Virus record (IMG/VR): IMGVR_UViG_3300027971_000003
Coordinates: 1-60,471 of that record
Reading direction: 5' to 3' (one strand)
From: a virus
Lineage: Duplodnaviria > Caudoviricetes
Length of the DNA stretch: 60,471 nt
The notes below the pieces were generated by a model. The model had not been told where the DNA came from and did not search any database. It was given only the letters and a program-made list of their open reading frames with translations. The translations under genes and the position numbers were made by a program. The first letter of the stretch is position 1, and every line of letters starts with the position of its first letter. This document shows positions 17,656 through 27,800 of the stretch, in pieces.

Positions 17656-17678
17656 TGTTCTCATGCTGTTGCTATTAT
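17650..17678 (+). promoter_or_regulatory. Sigma70-type promoter P4 for the recombination operon
   Basis: TTGCAT-N17-TATTAT with TG extension, 27 nt before the TTG start at 17706. Confidence 0.65.
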
Positions 17679-17705
17679 CTTTTTTCTTAACCACTGGAGT
17701 CTCCA

Positions 17706-18575
17706 TTGAAGATCACAAACAAACACAATGTTCCCGAAACATTAGTCGCTCTTGCGACGAGAGACTACTACAGCAAGGGCAAGGTTGACTACTCTGTCAC
17801 CGAGTTAATCTCTCCGCCTCGCGTTCAGAGGCTACGCAAGCAGCACGTAGAAGAGATGGAGACGGATGTCTCAGACATGCTGTGGCAGTTGCTGGGTTCT
17901 GCCTTGCACGTAGTGGCAGAGCGCGGTCAGGCCGAGGGTCACACTACCGAAGAACGCCTCTTCACTGAGATCAACGGCGTCACGATGTCGGGCGCTATCG
18001 ATATCCAGCGCGAGACGCCCGATGGTCTGGTGTTGGCGGATTACAAGTTCACATCCGCGTGGGCAGTCCGTCAGGAGAAGCCCGAATGGGAGCAGCAGCT
18101 AAATATGTATGCGTGGCTGGTCAGGCGCGTCAAGGCGCGTCCCATTGCGGGTTTGCAGATAGTGGCCCTCATTCGGGATTGGAGCCGCAGAGAGGCGCTT
18201 GTGAAGCCCGATTACCCGCAGTCACCCGTCCACATGGTCAACCTGCCTGTTTGGGATCAGGAGACAGCAGAACAATTCATTCTTGACCGGATTGGTCATC
18301 ACAACGATGGCAAGGTCGCTATCGACATGGAAGATGAGCTACCGCGTTGCACAGACGAGGATCGGTGGATTCGCAGCACCACCTATGCAGTCAAGAAGGA
18401 AGGCAGGAAGACAGCTATCAAGGTCTTTGATAACGAGGTTGAAGCCCAAGCAAGGGCGGAAGTGGAGAAGGGGTTTGTCGAAACAAGGAAGGGCGAAGCA
18501 ATCAGATGCTCCGGCAATTACTGCGGAGTCAACCAATGGTGCAGTCAATGGAAGGAAGAAAATGACAGTCTATAA
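17706..18575 (+). CDS. PD-(D/E)XK exonuclease (Cas4/RecB-like)
   Basis: GSALH, E, GAID, DYK and QLNMY motifs, C-terminal Cys cluster; next to ERF. Confidence 0.8.
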   Translation: MKITNKHNVPETLVALATRDYYSKGKVDYSVTELISPPRVQRLRKQHVEEMETDVSDMLWQLLGSALHVVAERGQAEGHTTEERLFTEINGVTMSGAIDIQRETPDGLVLADYKFTSAWAVRQEKPEWEQQLNMYAWLVRRVKARPIAGLQIVALIRDWSRREALVKPDYPQSPVHMVNLPVWDQETAEQFILDRIGHHNDGKVAIDMEDELPRCTDEDRWIRSTTYAVKKEGRKTAIKVFDNEVEAQARAEVEKGFVETRKGEAIRCSGNYCGVNQWCSQWKEENDSL

Positions 18576-19206
18576 GAAGTTGCAAGAAGCTCGTTACCGG
18601 CTGGTGAATACCCAGCTTAACAAGTCTGGCAAGAACAAGTTCGCCGGTTTTGAATACTTTGAGCTGGGGGATTTCATTCCCCAAGTCCACAAGATATTCA
18701 ACGAGGTCGGGTTGTGTGGCGTCGTGTCGTTTGCGGACGTTGCAGTCCTGACCGTCTATGACACAGAAGACTCCACTTGGGTCAGTTTCCAGACCCCGAT
18801 TGTCAATGCTGAGAACGCCAAGGGTCAGGCCATTCAGTCCTTGGGTGCAACACACACCTACCTGCGGCGCTACCTGTGGCTGCTGGCGCTGGAGATTGTG
18901 GAGCATGACGCGGTCGATGCTGTTGCACAGGAAGAGAAAGTGAAGGCCAAGCCGGTAGAAAAGCCGGTTGAAAAGCCGGTTGAGCCAGCACGGTCACTGG
19001 ATGAATCCCAAATTCTGTTCATTCACAAGATGAAGGAATGGGGTAACGCTGTCAAGACACCGGCAGAGTTGTCCAGCCTGTGGAAAGCAAACCTTGTCGA
19101 GTTGGAAAAGATTGGCAAGATCGATACAAATTCCCATGCAGGTTTGTTGGAGTTTTTTAAACAATTGAAGACCACCTTGAAAGGTAAAGAAAATGGAACG
19201 TCCTAA
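18562..19206 (+). CDS. ERF-family single-strand annealing protein
   Basis: KSGKN.F..FEY, QSLGATHTYLRRY...EHD motifs; ATG 18562. Confidence 0.85.
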   Translation: MTVYKKLQEARYRLVNTQLNKSGKNKFAGFEYFELGDFIPQVHKIFNEVGLCGVVSFADVAVLTVYDTEDSTWVSFQTPIVNAENAKGQAIQSLGATHTYLRRYLWLLALEIVEHDAVDAVAQEEKVKAKPVEKPVEKPVEPARSLDESQILFIHKMKEWGNAVKTPAELSSLWKANLVELEKIGKIDTNSHAGLLEFFKQLKTTLKGKENGTS

Positions 19207-19471
19207 GTTTGAGAACAAGCCGAATTTCGGGTCGCTGTTTGCGGCAAAGACCAAGACCGCTGTGATGTCACCGGACTACCACGGCGAGATACTGGTTGAC
19301 CTGTCTACCGTCGAGGTGAACGACGGCAAGGTGTTGGTCAAGCTGTCTGGCTGGAAGAAGACGGGTGCCAGCGGTATCAGTTGGCTGTCGTTGTCGGTTA
19401 ACACGTTCAAGCCTGACCCCAACTACAGGTCAGAGAAGACTGCAACTAAAGAAGATGACGAGTTCTTCTGA
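19193..19471 (+). CDS. Small SSB-like protein (DUF736-like)
   Basis: GSLF...PDY.G...GWKK...LSL and acidic EDDEFF tail. Confidence 0.6.
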   Translation: MERPKFENKPNFGSLFAAKTKTAVMSPDYHGEILVDLSTVEVNDGKVLVKLSGWKKTGASGISWLSLSVNTFKPDPNYRSEKTATKEDDEFF

Positions 19472-19887
19472 TGAGCGCAATGCAGTTTGAGACAGTGAAG
19501 GTGGCTCTCAAGCAGGACGCCACTGGCTTTGTCCTCACTCTGAAGATTCATCCCGACGAAATCCCAGAAGAGTTGTTGCGGGATTTTGTCGGGGCTAGAT
19601 ACATGATTGCTATGGTGCGTTTAAACGACGATGAGCAGCCGGTCAGATACAAGAGCAGGACGCAACAGGCCGGAATACTTTGCAGGGATATCAGGTTCCA
19701 CCAGTGGTTGATCGATGGTGTGAATCTGCCTGTGAAGGTTAACGAGAAGACTGCTACGGAGTATTTATACGAGACCTGTGGAATCAAATCTCGCACTGAA
19801 TTGAACGGCAATAAAGAGGCACAAAAACTATTCGATCAGATGATCGTGGAATATGACAAGTGGAGAAATGATGATGAGCCGTTTTAA
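19471..19887 (+). CDS. Hypothetical protein
   Basis: 138 aa with CGIKSRTEL motif; acidic DDEPF end. Confidence 0.65.
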   Translation: MSAMQFETVKVALKQDATGFVLTLKIHPDEIPEELLRDFVGARYMIAMVRLNDDEQPVRYKSRTQQAGILCRDIRFHQWLIDGVNLPVKVNEKTATEYLYETCGIKSRTELNGNKEAQKLFDQMIVEYDKWRNDDEPF

Positions 19888-20221
19888 GAATGTTCACCCG
19901 TTGATGGTTTATATGCCCATCAAGCAACGAGCCAACCTCAAGGTGTTTGCGCGGAAGAATCGTATGCCTGTTAGTCAAGCTGTGAGAGAAGGCATTCTGA
20001 TGCGTATGGCTGGCGGTAATGACTATACCAGTGGCTGGAATGATGCCCTCGACGCCGCTATGGAAATCACCAAGAACTCTAGCGCAGGAAAGATGATGTT
20101 TCCCAGCGGACGATCATTTAGTCAGATGATCAACGAAGAGATATCAGCAATTGCCAGAGAAAACACGAAGCCTATTTCAGCGGAAGTTAAGGAAGTTAAC
20201 GAGGTTCCAAATGAAAATTGA
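19868..20221 (+). CDS. Putative ribbon-helix-helix DNA-binding protein
   Basis: LMVYMP...LKVFARK.RMPVSQAVREGI resembles the RHH beta-alpha-alpha pattern. Confidence 0.5.
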   Translation: MMMSRFKNVHPLMVYMPIKQRANLKVFARKNRMPVSQAVREGILMRMAGGNDYTSGWNDALDAAMEITKNSSAGKMMFPSGRSFSQMINEEISAIARENTKPISAEVKEVNEVPNEN

Positions 20222-22762
20222 CATGACACACAAGTATAAAGGCGCGGTGACGCACACACTAATTGATGCGTTTAAACGCCGCATGAGGGGTTATGAGGTC
20301 AAGGTGTTGGCGGAGAAGAAAGCGCGGGATAAAGCGGAGAGGGTAAGGAAATGAAGGACACACTTAAATTTCTTGGAACCTGTTGTTTGCTTGCGTTCCT
20401 GTCGGTCAATGCGCTGATCTTACTGGTGCTGTATGTGAAGTGGGTATCTAAGATGGTAGGGGCGATATGACACGCGAAGAAGAACGGTTGTTCAAGGTGC
20501 TGACTGAGTATATCCGGCAGCGTAAGAACTTCTTCAAAAAAAGCACACAACCTGCGCTGCGTGAATGGAAAGGTGCTGATGTGAAGTTGGCCGAGGCGTG
20601 GAACAGATACCAAGCTGAGATACACAAGACGAAGGAGAAGAAGTAATGTTGGACTTCTGGGACGACAAAGAATGGGACAAGGTGCTGCGCCACAGGAAGA
20701 TCGCCTACCGTGAAGGTGTGCGGGATGGGGTTGCGTGTGGCGCGGTGCTAGTCACTGTGTTCGCATATATCTGGTGTTACTTTGGGAGATGACATGAGAC
20801 ACAAACACGCAGACTTGATTCATAAATGGGCAGATGGGGCGGAGATACAGTATTACGACGCGATTATGTGCCGCTGGGCAGATGATAAAAATCCAAAATG
20901 GCTTGAAGATACAAAATTCCGCATCAAGCCCGAGCCAAAGCCGGATGTGGCGGAGCATTACTACGCCACTATTTACGCAGTATCTCCTGCTGTGCATTTT
21001 AATGGCACACCAAATCTGAAGCTCACGTTTGACGTTGAAACGTGCGAACTGAAAGCGGCGGAGGTGTTGAAATGAGCGATGAGTGTAACCACGATTTATA
21101 TGAACAGGAAACGGCTTGTGCGGATGGATTCTGCCCGATATGTGCAACAGCCGAGATTGTGCGGCTGAAGGGCGAAGCTGAAAATTGGGAGAAAGTGTTC
21201 GACCGGACTTGTGAGCATTTAGCGGAAGCAAAAGAGGAACTGAACGACAGGAGAAAATTTGCGTATGCAGTTGAGCAAGCCCTTGATGGGCTTAAGGGTG
21301 ACTACGTTGAGATAATTTCGGCGCTGCGTAAGGACGCCGCAATCAGAAAGGGTGAAAAGGAATCCTTAACAGTTGCGGAACAGGAACCTGTGGCGTGGAT
21401 GAGTGACAGTGATGTTGGCTTTTACAAGGAAGAATTTGGTAATTATCCTTGTGTTCCGCTTTACACCGCTCCACCCGCAGCACAGCCATCGCAGGAGCCA
21501 ATGCATCCCGAAATAAAGAAGATGTACGAGGATTACTTTGACAAGTGCTTCAGAGAATCGTCCACACAACAGCGTCAGTGGGTTGCGCTGACTGAAGATG
21601 AGATAACGAAGTTGCACCACGAAATTAAAACCCAGCTTATGGGTACATACAAAACCGAAGACATTTATCGCGCCATTGAAGCCAAGCTGCGGGAGAAAAA
21701 CACATGACCAAGATACATTTGCAGTCAACGTATTCAGACATTGTTTCAGATGGTGGTCTTGATCCGCGAAATGAATACGAAAAGAAGTTTAAACAGATGC
21801 CGCTGACGCAGGAACAGATTGAAAAAATATATTATTCGGTGCCGCTTAATACTGGAAAATTTTGGTGGGATTTTGCAAGAGCAATTGAACAAGCACACGG
21901 GATAGGGGTGGAAGATGAACCTGACTCAAGCGTCACTTGAACAAGCCGTGATTGAAATAAAAAGCTGGACGAAAGAGCGTGAAAAGTTAATTGCGTTGAA
22001 GCCGACAAAGTTGCTTATGTTCCGCTACCCAGATGAAACGGAGGATGAGTTTAAACAGCGATGCGCGGATGCGAAAACGATAGCGAACTCAATGCTTAAG
22101 GAGAGAAACAATGAGTAAACCAATACTGAACTACGACGAGCAAGCAGCAAGAATCAAAGTGCTTGAAGCAGCGTTGATAGCATCAGAGCAGGACTACGAA
22201 AAGCTATTGAAAGAACGGGGAACAGTCGAAGACGCGTGGCAGAAATACTGCGAGGAGATGATGCCGCAGAAGACCGCTCACGTTTACCCGTTAGAAGGGG
22301 CGATGTATAAGACGTTCGTGACAGGGTGGAACGCAGCACTCAAGGAGAAGAAATGAAGCTTGTAATGGAGGCTTATGACTTGGAGTCTTTAGAGACTTCT
22401 TCTGGTATACAAGAACTACTTGGGACATTCAGCACGTTTAAAAAAGCAGTAGATTATGGCAATTGTTTGATAGAGGCCGGAGAAGAAGTCTGTTGGACTG
22501 ATAAGGGTAGCGATGGCTTGTCGGTTAGCGGCCCGTATAAATTAATCATTAACCCAGATTTTGAACAGGAGAAGAAATGACTTCAGAAGAAATGGAAATG
22601 GCATACAACCGGTCGTCTATGCTACGCAGTGAGGCCTTGCTGCATTCAATGGATTTGCAGGATCGTATTAACAAGCATGACTATAGAAAGAATGGGTGGA
22701 TCGGCATCGGGTTTGCGGTCGGTCTGATGGTTGGTGTGCTGATTGGGATGGCGCTGAAATGA
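20211..22762 (+). other. Cluster of about 11 short, overlapping hypothetical genes (nin-like accessory region)
   Basis: Chained ORFs start near 20211, 20351, 20467, 20646, 20794, 21072, 21704, 21915, 22111, 22353 and 22577; include QEPVAW/PLYTAP and LTEDEI phage motifs and several single-TM peptides. Confidence 0.6.
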
Positions 22763-23553
22763 ATATCAACACTGTCTTGAATGAATACTCAGAACACCTT
22801 GTTCACACTATCTCCAGACGCCGGTCTTTACTTGCGGTCAAACAACTTCGCAAACTGGGCAAACACGGGATACGGGAGGTCTCCGCCCATGTGCAGGACT
22901 ACATCAACAAGCGCGGGGTAACGGCGGGAACTATCAACCGAGAGCTAGGCGTCCTGCAATCCGCCCTGAGATACGCGTTTAAACGGGGCAATATAGACTT
23001 TCTGCCCATCCTTCAAAAACTGCCTTCTCCGCCCCCGCGTTCCCAGTTCTTCACTGAGGAGGACATTATCATCCTGCTTTCCCAGACCCAGAAGAACCCA
23101 GAGCTGGACAAGTTCACCCGTATCGCATTGATGACAGGTCAGCGGAAAGACGCCATCCTGAAACTGCGCTGGGATCAGATCGATTTCAAAGCCAACATAA
23201 TTGATTTTAACGACCATACAGCGCCTCTAGCCCACAGGATGAAGGGTAGGGGCATTGTGCCGATGTCCAGTGCGCTACGGGCCTTCCTGAAGGGTCTGGG
23301 AGGGGTCTCTGGCAGGGTTCTGAAGGTCAAATGCATCGACGAGCAATGGAAGACCGCCATGAGGCGGACTAAGTTTAAAGCCACTCCCCATGTCCTGCGA
23401 CACACAGTGGCTACGCAGCTTGCCCAGAAGTCCGTGCCGATGGCTCAGATCGCCAGAATCTTGGGACACCGGAATACCCAGATTACCGAACGTGTCTACG
23501 CAAAATACTCCCCGGATTTCTGCCGGGAAGCCGTCGAACACTTGAGCGTTTAA
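22759..23553 (+). CDS. Tyrosine recombinase/integrase (no N-terminal arm-binding domain)
   Basis: TGQR (catalytic R), K, HVLRH, LGH and Y; TINREL core-binding motif; ATG 22759. Confidence 0.9.
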   Translation: MNINTVLNEYSEHLVHTISRRRSLLAVKQLRKLGKHGIREVSAHVQDYINKRGVTAGTINRELGVLQSALRYAFKRGNIDFLPILQKLPSPPPRSQFFTEEDIIILLSQTQKNPELDKFTRIALMTGQRKDAILKLRWDQIDFKANIIDFNDHTAPLAHRMKGRGIVPMSSALRAFLKGLGGVSGRVLKVKCIDEQWKTAMRRTKFKATPHVLRHTVATQLAQKSVPMAQIARILGHRNTQITERVYAKYSPDFCREAVEHLSV

Positions 23554-23564
23554 ACGGGGTATAT

Positions 23565-24455
23565 ATGATAACGGCTCGAAATTATGCGGCGCAGGTAGAA
23601 AGAGATATGAAGAATTGGGTTGATCAAGCCAAGAAAATTGGTCGTCCGCACAAGGCTGCGGAAATGTATTTCAACATGATTAAAGACGCGGTTCACTTTG
23701 CTTTGCCGGATAACGGAAGAATTTTAAATGACAACTTGAAAGGGTTGTTTGGTAAAAAGGTAAGGCTACCATACCCAGTTATAACGATTGAATATTATGT
23801 TCATCAAAAACCAACATTTACAGAAAATGGAATTGAATATCAAGCAATATGCCCAAAGCGTTTTGCGTTAGCGTCAGAAAGAAAGGTTGGGGAAAAATAT
23901 GTAATAGATTTATGTGTTGTTAATTACATTTCAACATTTTCTAAATGGTTGCCGCAACCATTAGGTTTTGTTCTTGATTGGGAAGAGAAAGAAACATTTA
24001 GCAAAGATGGCAGGGTAAACATATCTGGATATCCATTTACCGTTGATGAAACGGCAATTAATCTTTTAAGAAAAAAGGTGGGCGATGACAAAGCTCACAG
24101 AATGCTTACCGATGATATCTCCGATGAGGTTAGCGCAGTTTTAGAAATGTGCGAGGCATTGACTTGTGGGAATGTATCAACTGAACCTTTAGAAAAAATA
24201 GACGTTGCCAAACAAGCTAAACGCGCTAGGCAAGGAAAGCTTCCAATGTATGAGACGCGTGTATTAACCATATCCGGCGAAGTATCTGGTCGGCGGGATA
24301 GTCTCGGCGGAACTCATTCCAGCCCTAGACAGCATTTGCGTAGAGGTCATATACGTCGTTTACCAAAAGGTAACATATGGGTTAATAGCGCGGTTGTAGG
24401 TAACCCACTAAAAGGCATTATAGAAAAGTCTTACGAAATTGGCGTTGGAGCTTAA
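23565..24455 (+). CDS. Hypothetical protein, AT-rich
   Basis: 296 aa; C-terminal SPRQHLRRGHIRR...WV...VG motif common in phage proteins. Confidence 0.7.
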   Translation: MITARNYAAQVERDMKNWVDQAKKIGRPHKAAEMYFNMIKDAVHFALPDNGRILNDNLKGLFGKKVRLPYPVITIEYYVHQKPTFTENGIEYQAICPKRFALASERKVGEKYVIDLCVVNYISTFSKWLPQPLGFVLDWEEKETFSKDGRVNISGYPFTVDETAINLLRKKVGDDKAHRMLTDDISDEVSAVLEMCEALTCGNVSTEPLEKIDVAKQAKRARQGKLPMYETRVLTISGEVSGRRDSLGGTHSSPRQHLRRGHIRRLPKGNIWVNSAVVGNPLKGIIEKSYEIGVGA

Positions 24456-24468
24456 ATAGGACGGGGTT

Positions 24469-24615
24469 ATGATGAATGAATCTAACATAGACAGGTTAAG
24501 CAGAGAGGTTGAGGAGCTAGAAGCAAAGCTGGGTAGGAAACCCCTGTGGCAGGAAATACTGGCTGAGATCGATGAGTATGTAGAGGATCAGGATGAAGAT
24601 CAAAGCGTGGTTTAA
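24469..24615 (+). CDS. Small hypothetical protein (48 aa)
   Basis: Manual ORF MMNESNIDRLSREVEELEAKLGRKPLWQEIL.... Confidence 0.45.
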   Translation: MMNESNIDRLSREVEELEAKLGRKPLWQEILAEIDEYVEDQDEDQSVV

Positions 24616-24880
24616 CGCCCTATCCGACATGGGTTGCATAGTCTGTTTAAACGAGTATGGCGTTGTTTCCCAGCCCGATATCCACCACCTTACCAAGAGC
24701 GGTAAGAGGATTGACGACTTCCACACCATCCCCCTGTGTCCTACGCACCACCGGTCAGGGGTGAACAATGACTACGCTGCGTCCAGACACCCTTGGAAGA
24801 AGGAGTTTGAACGCAGGTATGGGTCAGAGCTTGACCTGTATCAGCAGGTCAAGGAGATCATTGGAGAGCGTTCTTCTTGA
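24593..24880 (+). CDS. Ref-like (P1 recombination enhancement) HNH nuclease
   Basis: GCIVC...IHH...TIPLCPTHHR...FERRYGSE motif. Confidence 0.75.
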   Translation: MKIKAWFNALSDMGCIVCLNEYGVVSQPDIHHLTKSGKRIDDFHTIPLCPTHHRSGVNNDYAASRHPWKKEFERRYGSELDLYQQVKEIIGERSS

Positions 24881-27800
24881 TCTCTTTGATGTTCTCTGTG
24901 ATGGCAATCTCAGCGTAGCGGATGTTGTCCAAAGTCTCCCGCTTTTCCTGCGGATCAAGCGAAGAGAACTGAACCTTGTTACGCAGCATTCTGAAGTTAG
25001 TTAACTGCTTGTCGATGCTTGACACTAGTCCTTTTAGACCCAGAAGCTGACCGTTCTTCTCCATGTATTCTGCGTATTGCTCTGGATTGCCACGGTTCTG
25101 TAGCTCATGCTGCGTTCTCACCACCACATCCACCTCCTTCTTCAGCGAGTAGAAAGCGTCGATAGTGCCTCCTGCCTTGTCTGAAGCAAAGAACCTCTTA
25201 AGGACGGGGGTCTGTTCTATGCTCATGGCAGGACGGGTCTCCTCGCTGACGGTGTTAATCACAGCGCCAATCATCTGAGCCATATACATTCCCATGCTGC
25301 CTGTATAGGCCGAGAGAACATGGTCAATCCTGATAGGCGAAAGATTAAGCTGGTCACCCAACATGATTGAAAGCTCTGTGGTCGATGAATTTCTTTGATA
25401 CGGAGCAGCGACGTTCTCCATTCCTCTGCCGACAATAGGCATCCCTGTGAACAAGGAATAATTGACTGATTCTTCCAATATTGGCAAGAACGCTTGAGGA
25501 ACAGGGTTGATCTTCAGCGTTGAAATAATATTCCGCAGAGCAGATTCAGCAAGGTCTCCCCCAGTATCATTACCAAAGGCGGCCTCAAGAATCCTCTCTG
25601 GAGCAACCTTGAACAACACGCCGATCTCAAACGGAATCGGTATCTTCACATTGCCAATAAGCCAGTAGTTATCCCGTACCTCTTTGCTGGCGCGTTTCCA
25701 TTCATCCGTATCACGCGCCATGAACCAATACAGGGAACTCATGGCAGCAATGAATAGCGCCCGATGCATGAATGCCTTGTGCTGGGCTTTGGAATTTTGA
25801 GTAGCCATCCTGCCAAACCCTGCGCGGTAGAGAACATCCATGCCTTGAACCCGCGCATTGAAGAACGGAACAAGGGCAGAGATCACTTGGATCATGGGAC
25901 TGGAACCCATCCGCCCGAAGTTCATCACCTCCAAGGACTGATAGATTGCCTCTGCCTCGTTGCCTGTTTCAGCCAAAACCTTCTTGTATATCTCTGCGCG
26001 AGTAGCCAAGTCAGACGCATTGGAACCCTTATCCAGCGCATCCCAGACCTTACTGACAGGCCACATCGCTTTTTGCCAACCGGTCTTGATCCCAGCACGG
26101 TCGTTTAAAGCATCAGCCACCGCCTTGGCACTTGCTTTAACATCCCCTGAAAACTCATACCCCGTGCCGATACCTGCGGCCCTGAGAGCTTTGGCTTCTG
26201 GGGATTGATTAGCCAAGACCTTACCAAACTGTTTAAACGTGTCAACGAGAGGGGTCATGGAGACCCCGGACGTAACCCATGCTTGCATGGAGTCACGGGC
26301 AAGGTTGGCAAGGATGAAGCTGGGTTCTTTGGTAACCAAATTCCGTAACAACTGGGTCGGGTAAGACATGAGCGTCCAGAAGCTATTGATCCCCATGTTA
26401 TGCAGGGACTTCATGGACTCCACCAGCAAGGGGTCTGCAACCCGATAGCGAACATCATCGCCATTCTCGCGGACGGTCACAACATCAGAGCCACCCTTCT
26501 CATGGGGTTGTAGCTTCCGGCCCATGTCGTTCATGCCTTGCGTGTTTAAACGCATCACATCCCGCACAACTCTCTGCGCCGCCACGTTCTTCATGCCCTG
26601 CTCAATGGCAGAGCGAGTATTCCTGACCACTGTCTCAAGGTAGTCACCGATCTGTGCGTCACCACCCTTTAGCTCGGGTGTTATCTTAACGCCGGAAAGG
26701 TTCTGGAACATCTTTGGGCCAACGGTTGTTTCGCCATCTATTTGGCGATAGAACGGGAGGTAGTCTCCATACTTAGTCCACTCAGCCCCCATCGCTTTAG
26801 ACAGAACGCCGGTATCAATCAGGAACTTGACCAGCCCTTCATTGAACTTCTGATACTCATCATAGGCAGTCTTGAATTCAGGATATTTGGTTTCAAAGGC
26901 TTTGCCCAAAGCAAAGTCGGCTGGCGTCAAGACGCGCTCTCTGCCTTCGCTATACAGCCGGATACCACGACGCGTAGCACTGTAGAACTGGAACATCTGC
27001 AAGATTTTAGGACTCTGGTATTTCTTGAGTAACGGTTCAAGGATAGGGATCAAGCCCTTAACCTTGCCACCCATGTCAGTGACCTTGGTGTAGCCATTTT
27101 CATAGACCGGTATACCGTTCATCAAGGCTTCGGCAGCAACCCCTGCTGCGCGGTCAGCCTGAAGCGCAGCAGCATTGGCAGAGACATCCGCGAGAAGCTC
27201 TTTAGCCCCTAAGAATCCCGGCCTTGTATCGGCTGCAACCATCTTGCTGAGACGCTCAACGGCTTCATATTTATTGAGCAGCTTCTGGCGGATAGCTGTA
27301 ACGCTATCAGGAGAGATTGCTTCAGCTATGCGCTGTGCAAACCCCTTCTCTTGGCGAACATAGGTGGCGCGGTTAAGCGCATCATTCCCAGCCTGTCCGA
27401 AGTTGGCGTTGAAATCGGCATCGAAGGCATCGCGTATGGAATACCGGATGTCAGGGTTATTCTCGTCAAACGTGCCACGGTTGCCGGTAGCCGATTTGAT
27501 TTGAGTGGGTTCAAACGCAACCCAATCATCACGGATCACATTGCCATCAGTGTCACTGCCATAGATAACAATACCATCGTATCCTTCGCTTTCTAAATGC
27601 TTTCTCAACGCTTTCCACGAACCATATTCATCGCGGTCATCCATCAGAGATTCATAATCTCCAGCATCATATGGGTTTTTTATAGACAAATAAACGGGCA
27701 TGACATTTGCCCCCGTTTTGTAGTCATCTAACTTAGCGGAAGGAGAAGTATCTTCTGTAAAAGACGAGGCTATATATTCCGCATTTCCTTCGTCGTATTC

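Noticed and set aside
17706-18575. Cas4 as evidence of a CRISPR system
   Set aside because: No array or other cas genes; its place beside ERF and an SSB-like gene indicates a recombination exonuclease.
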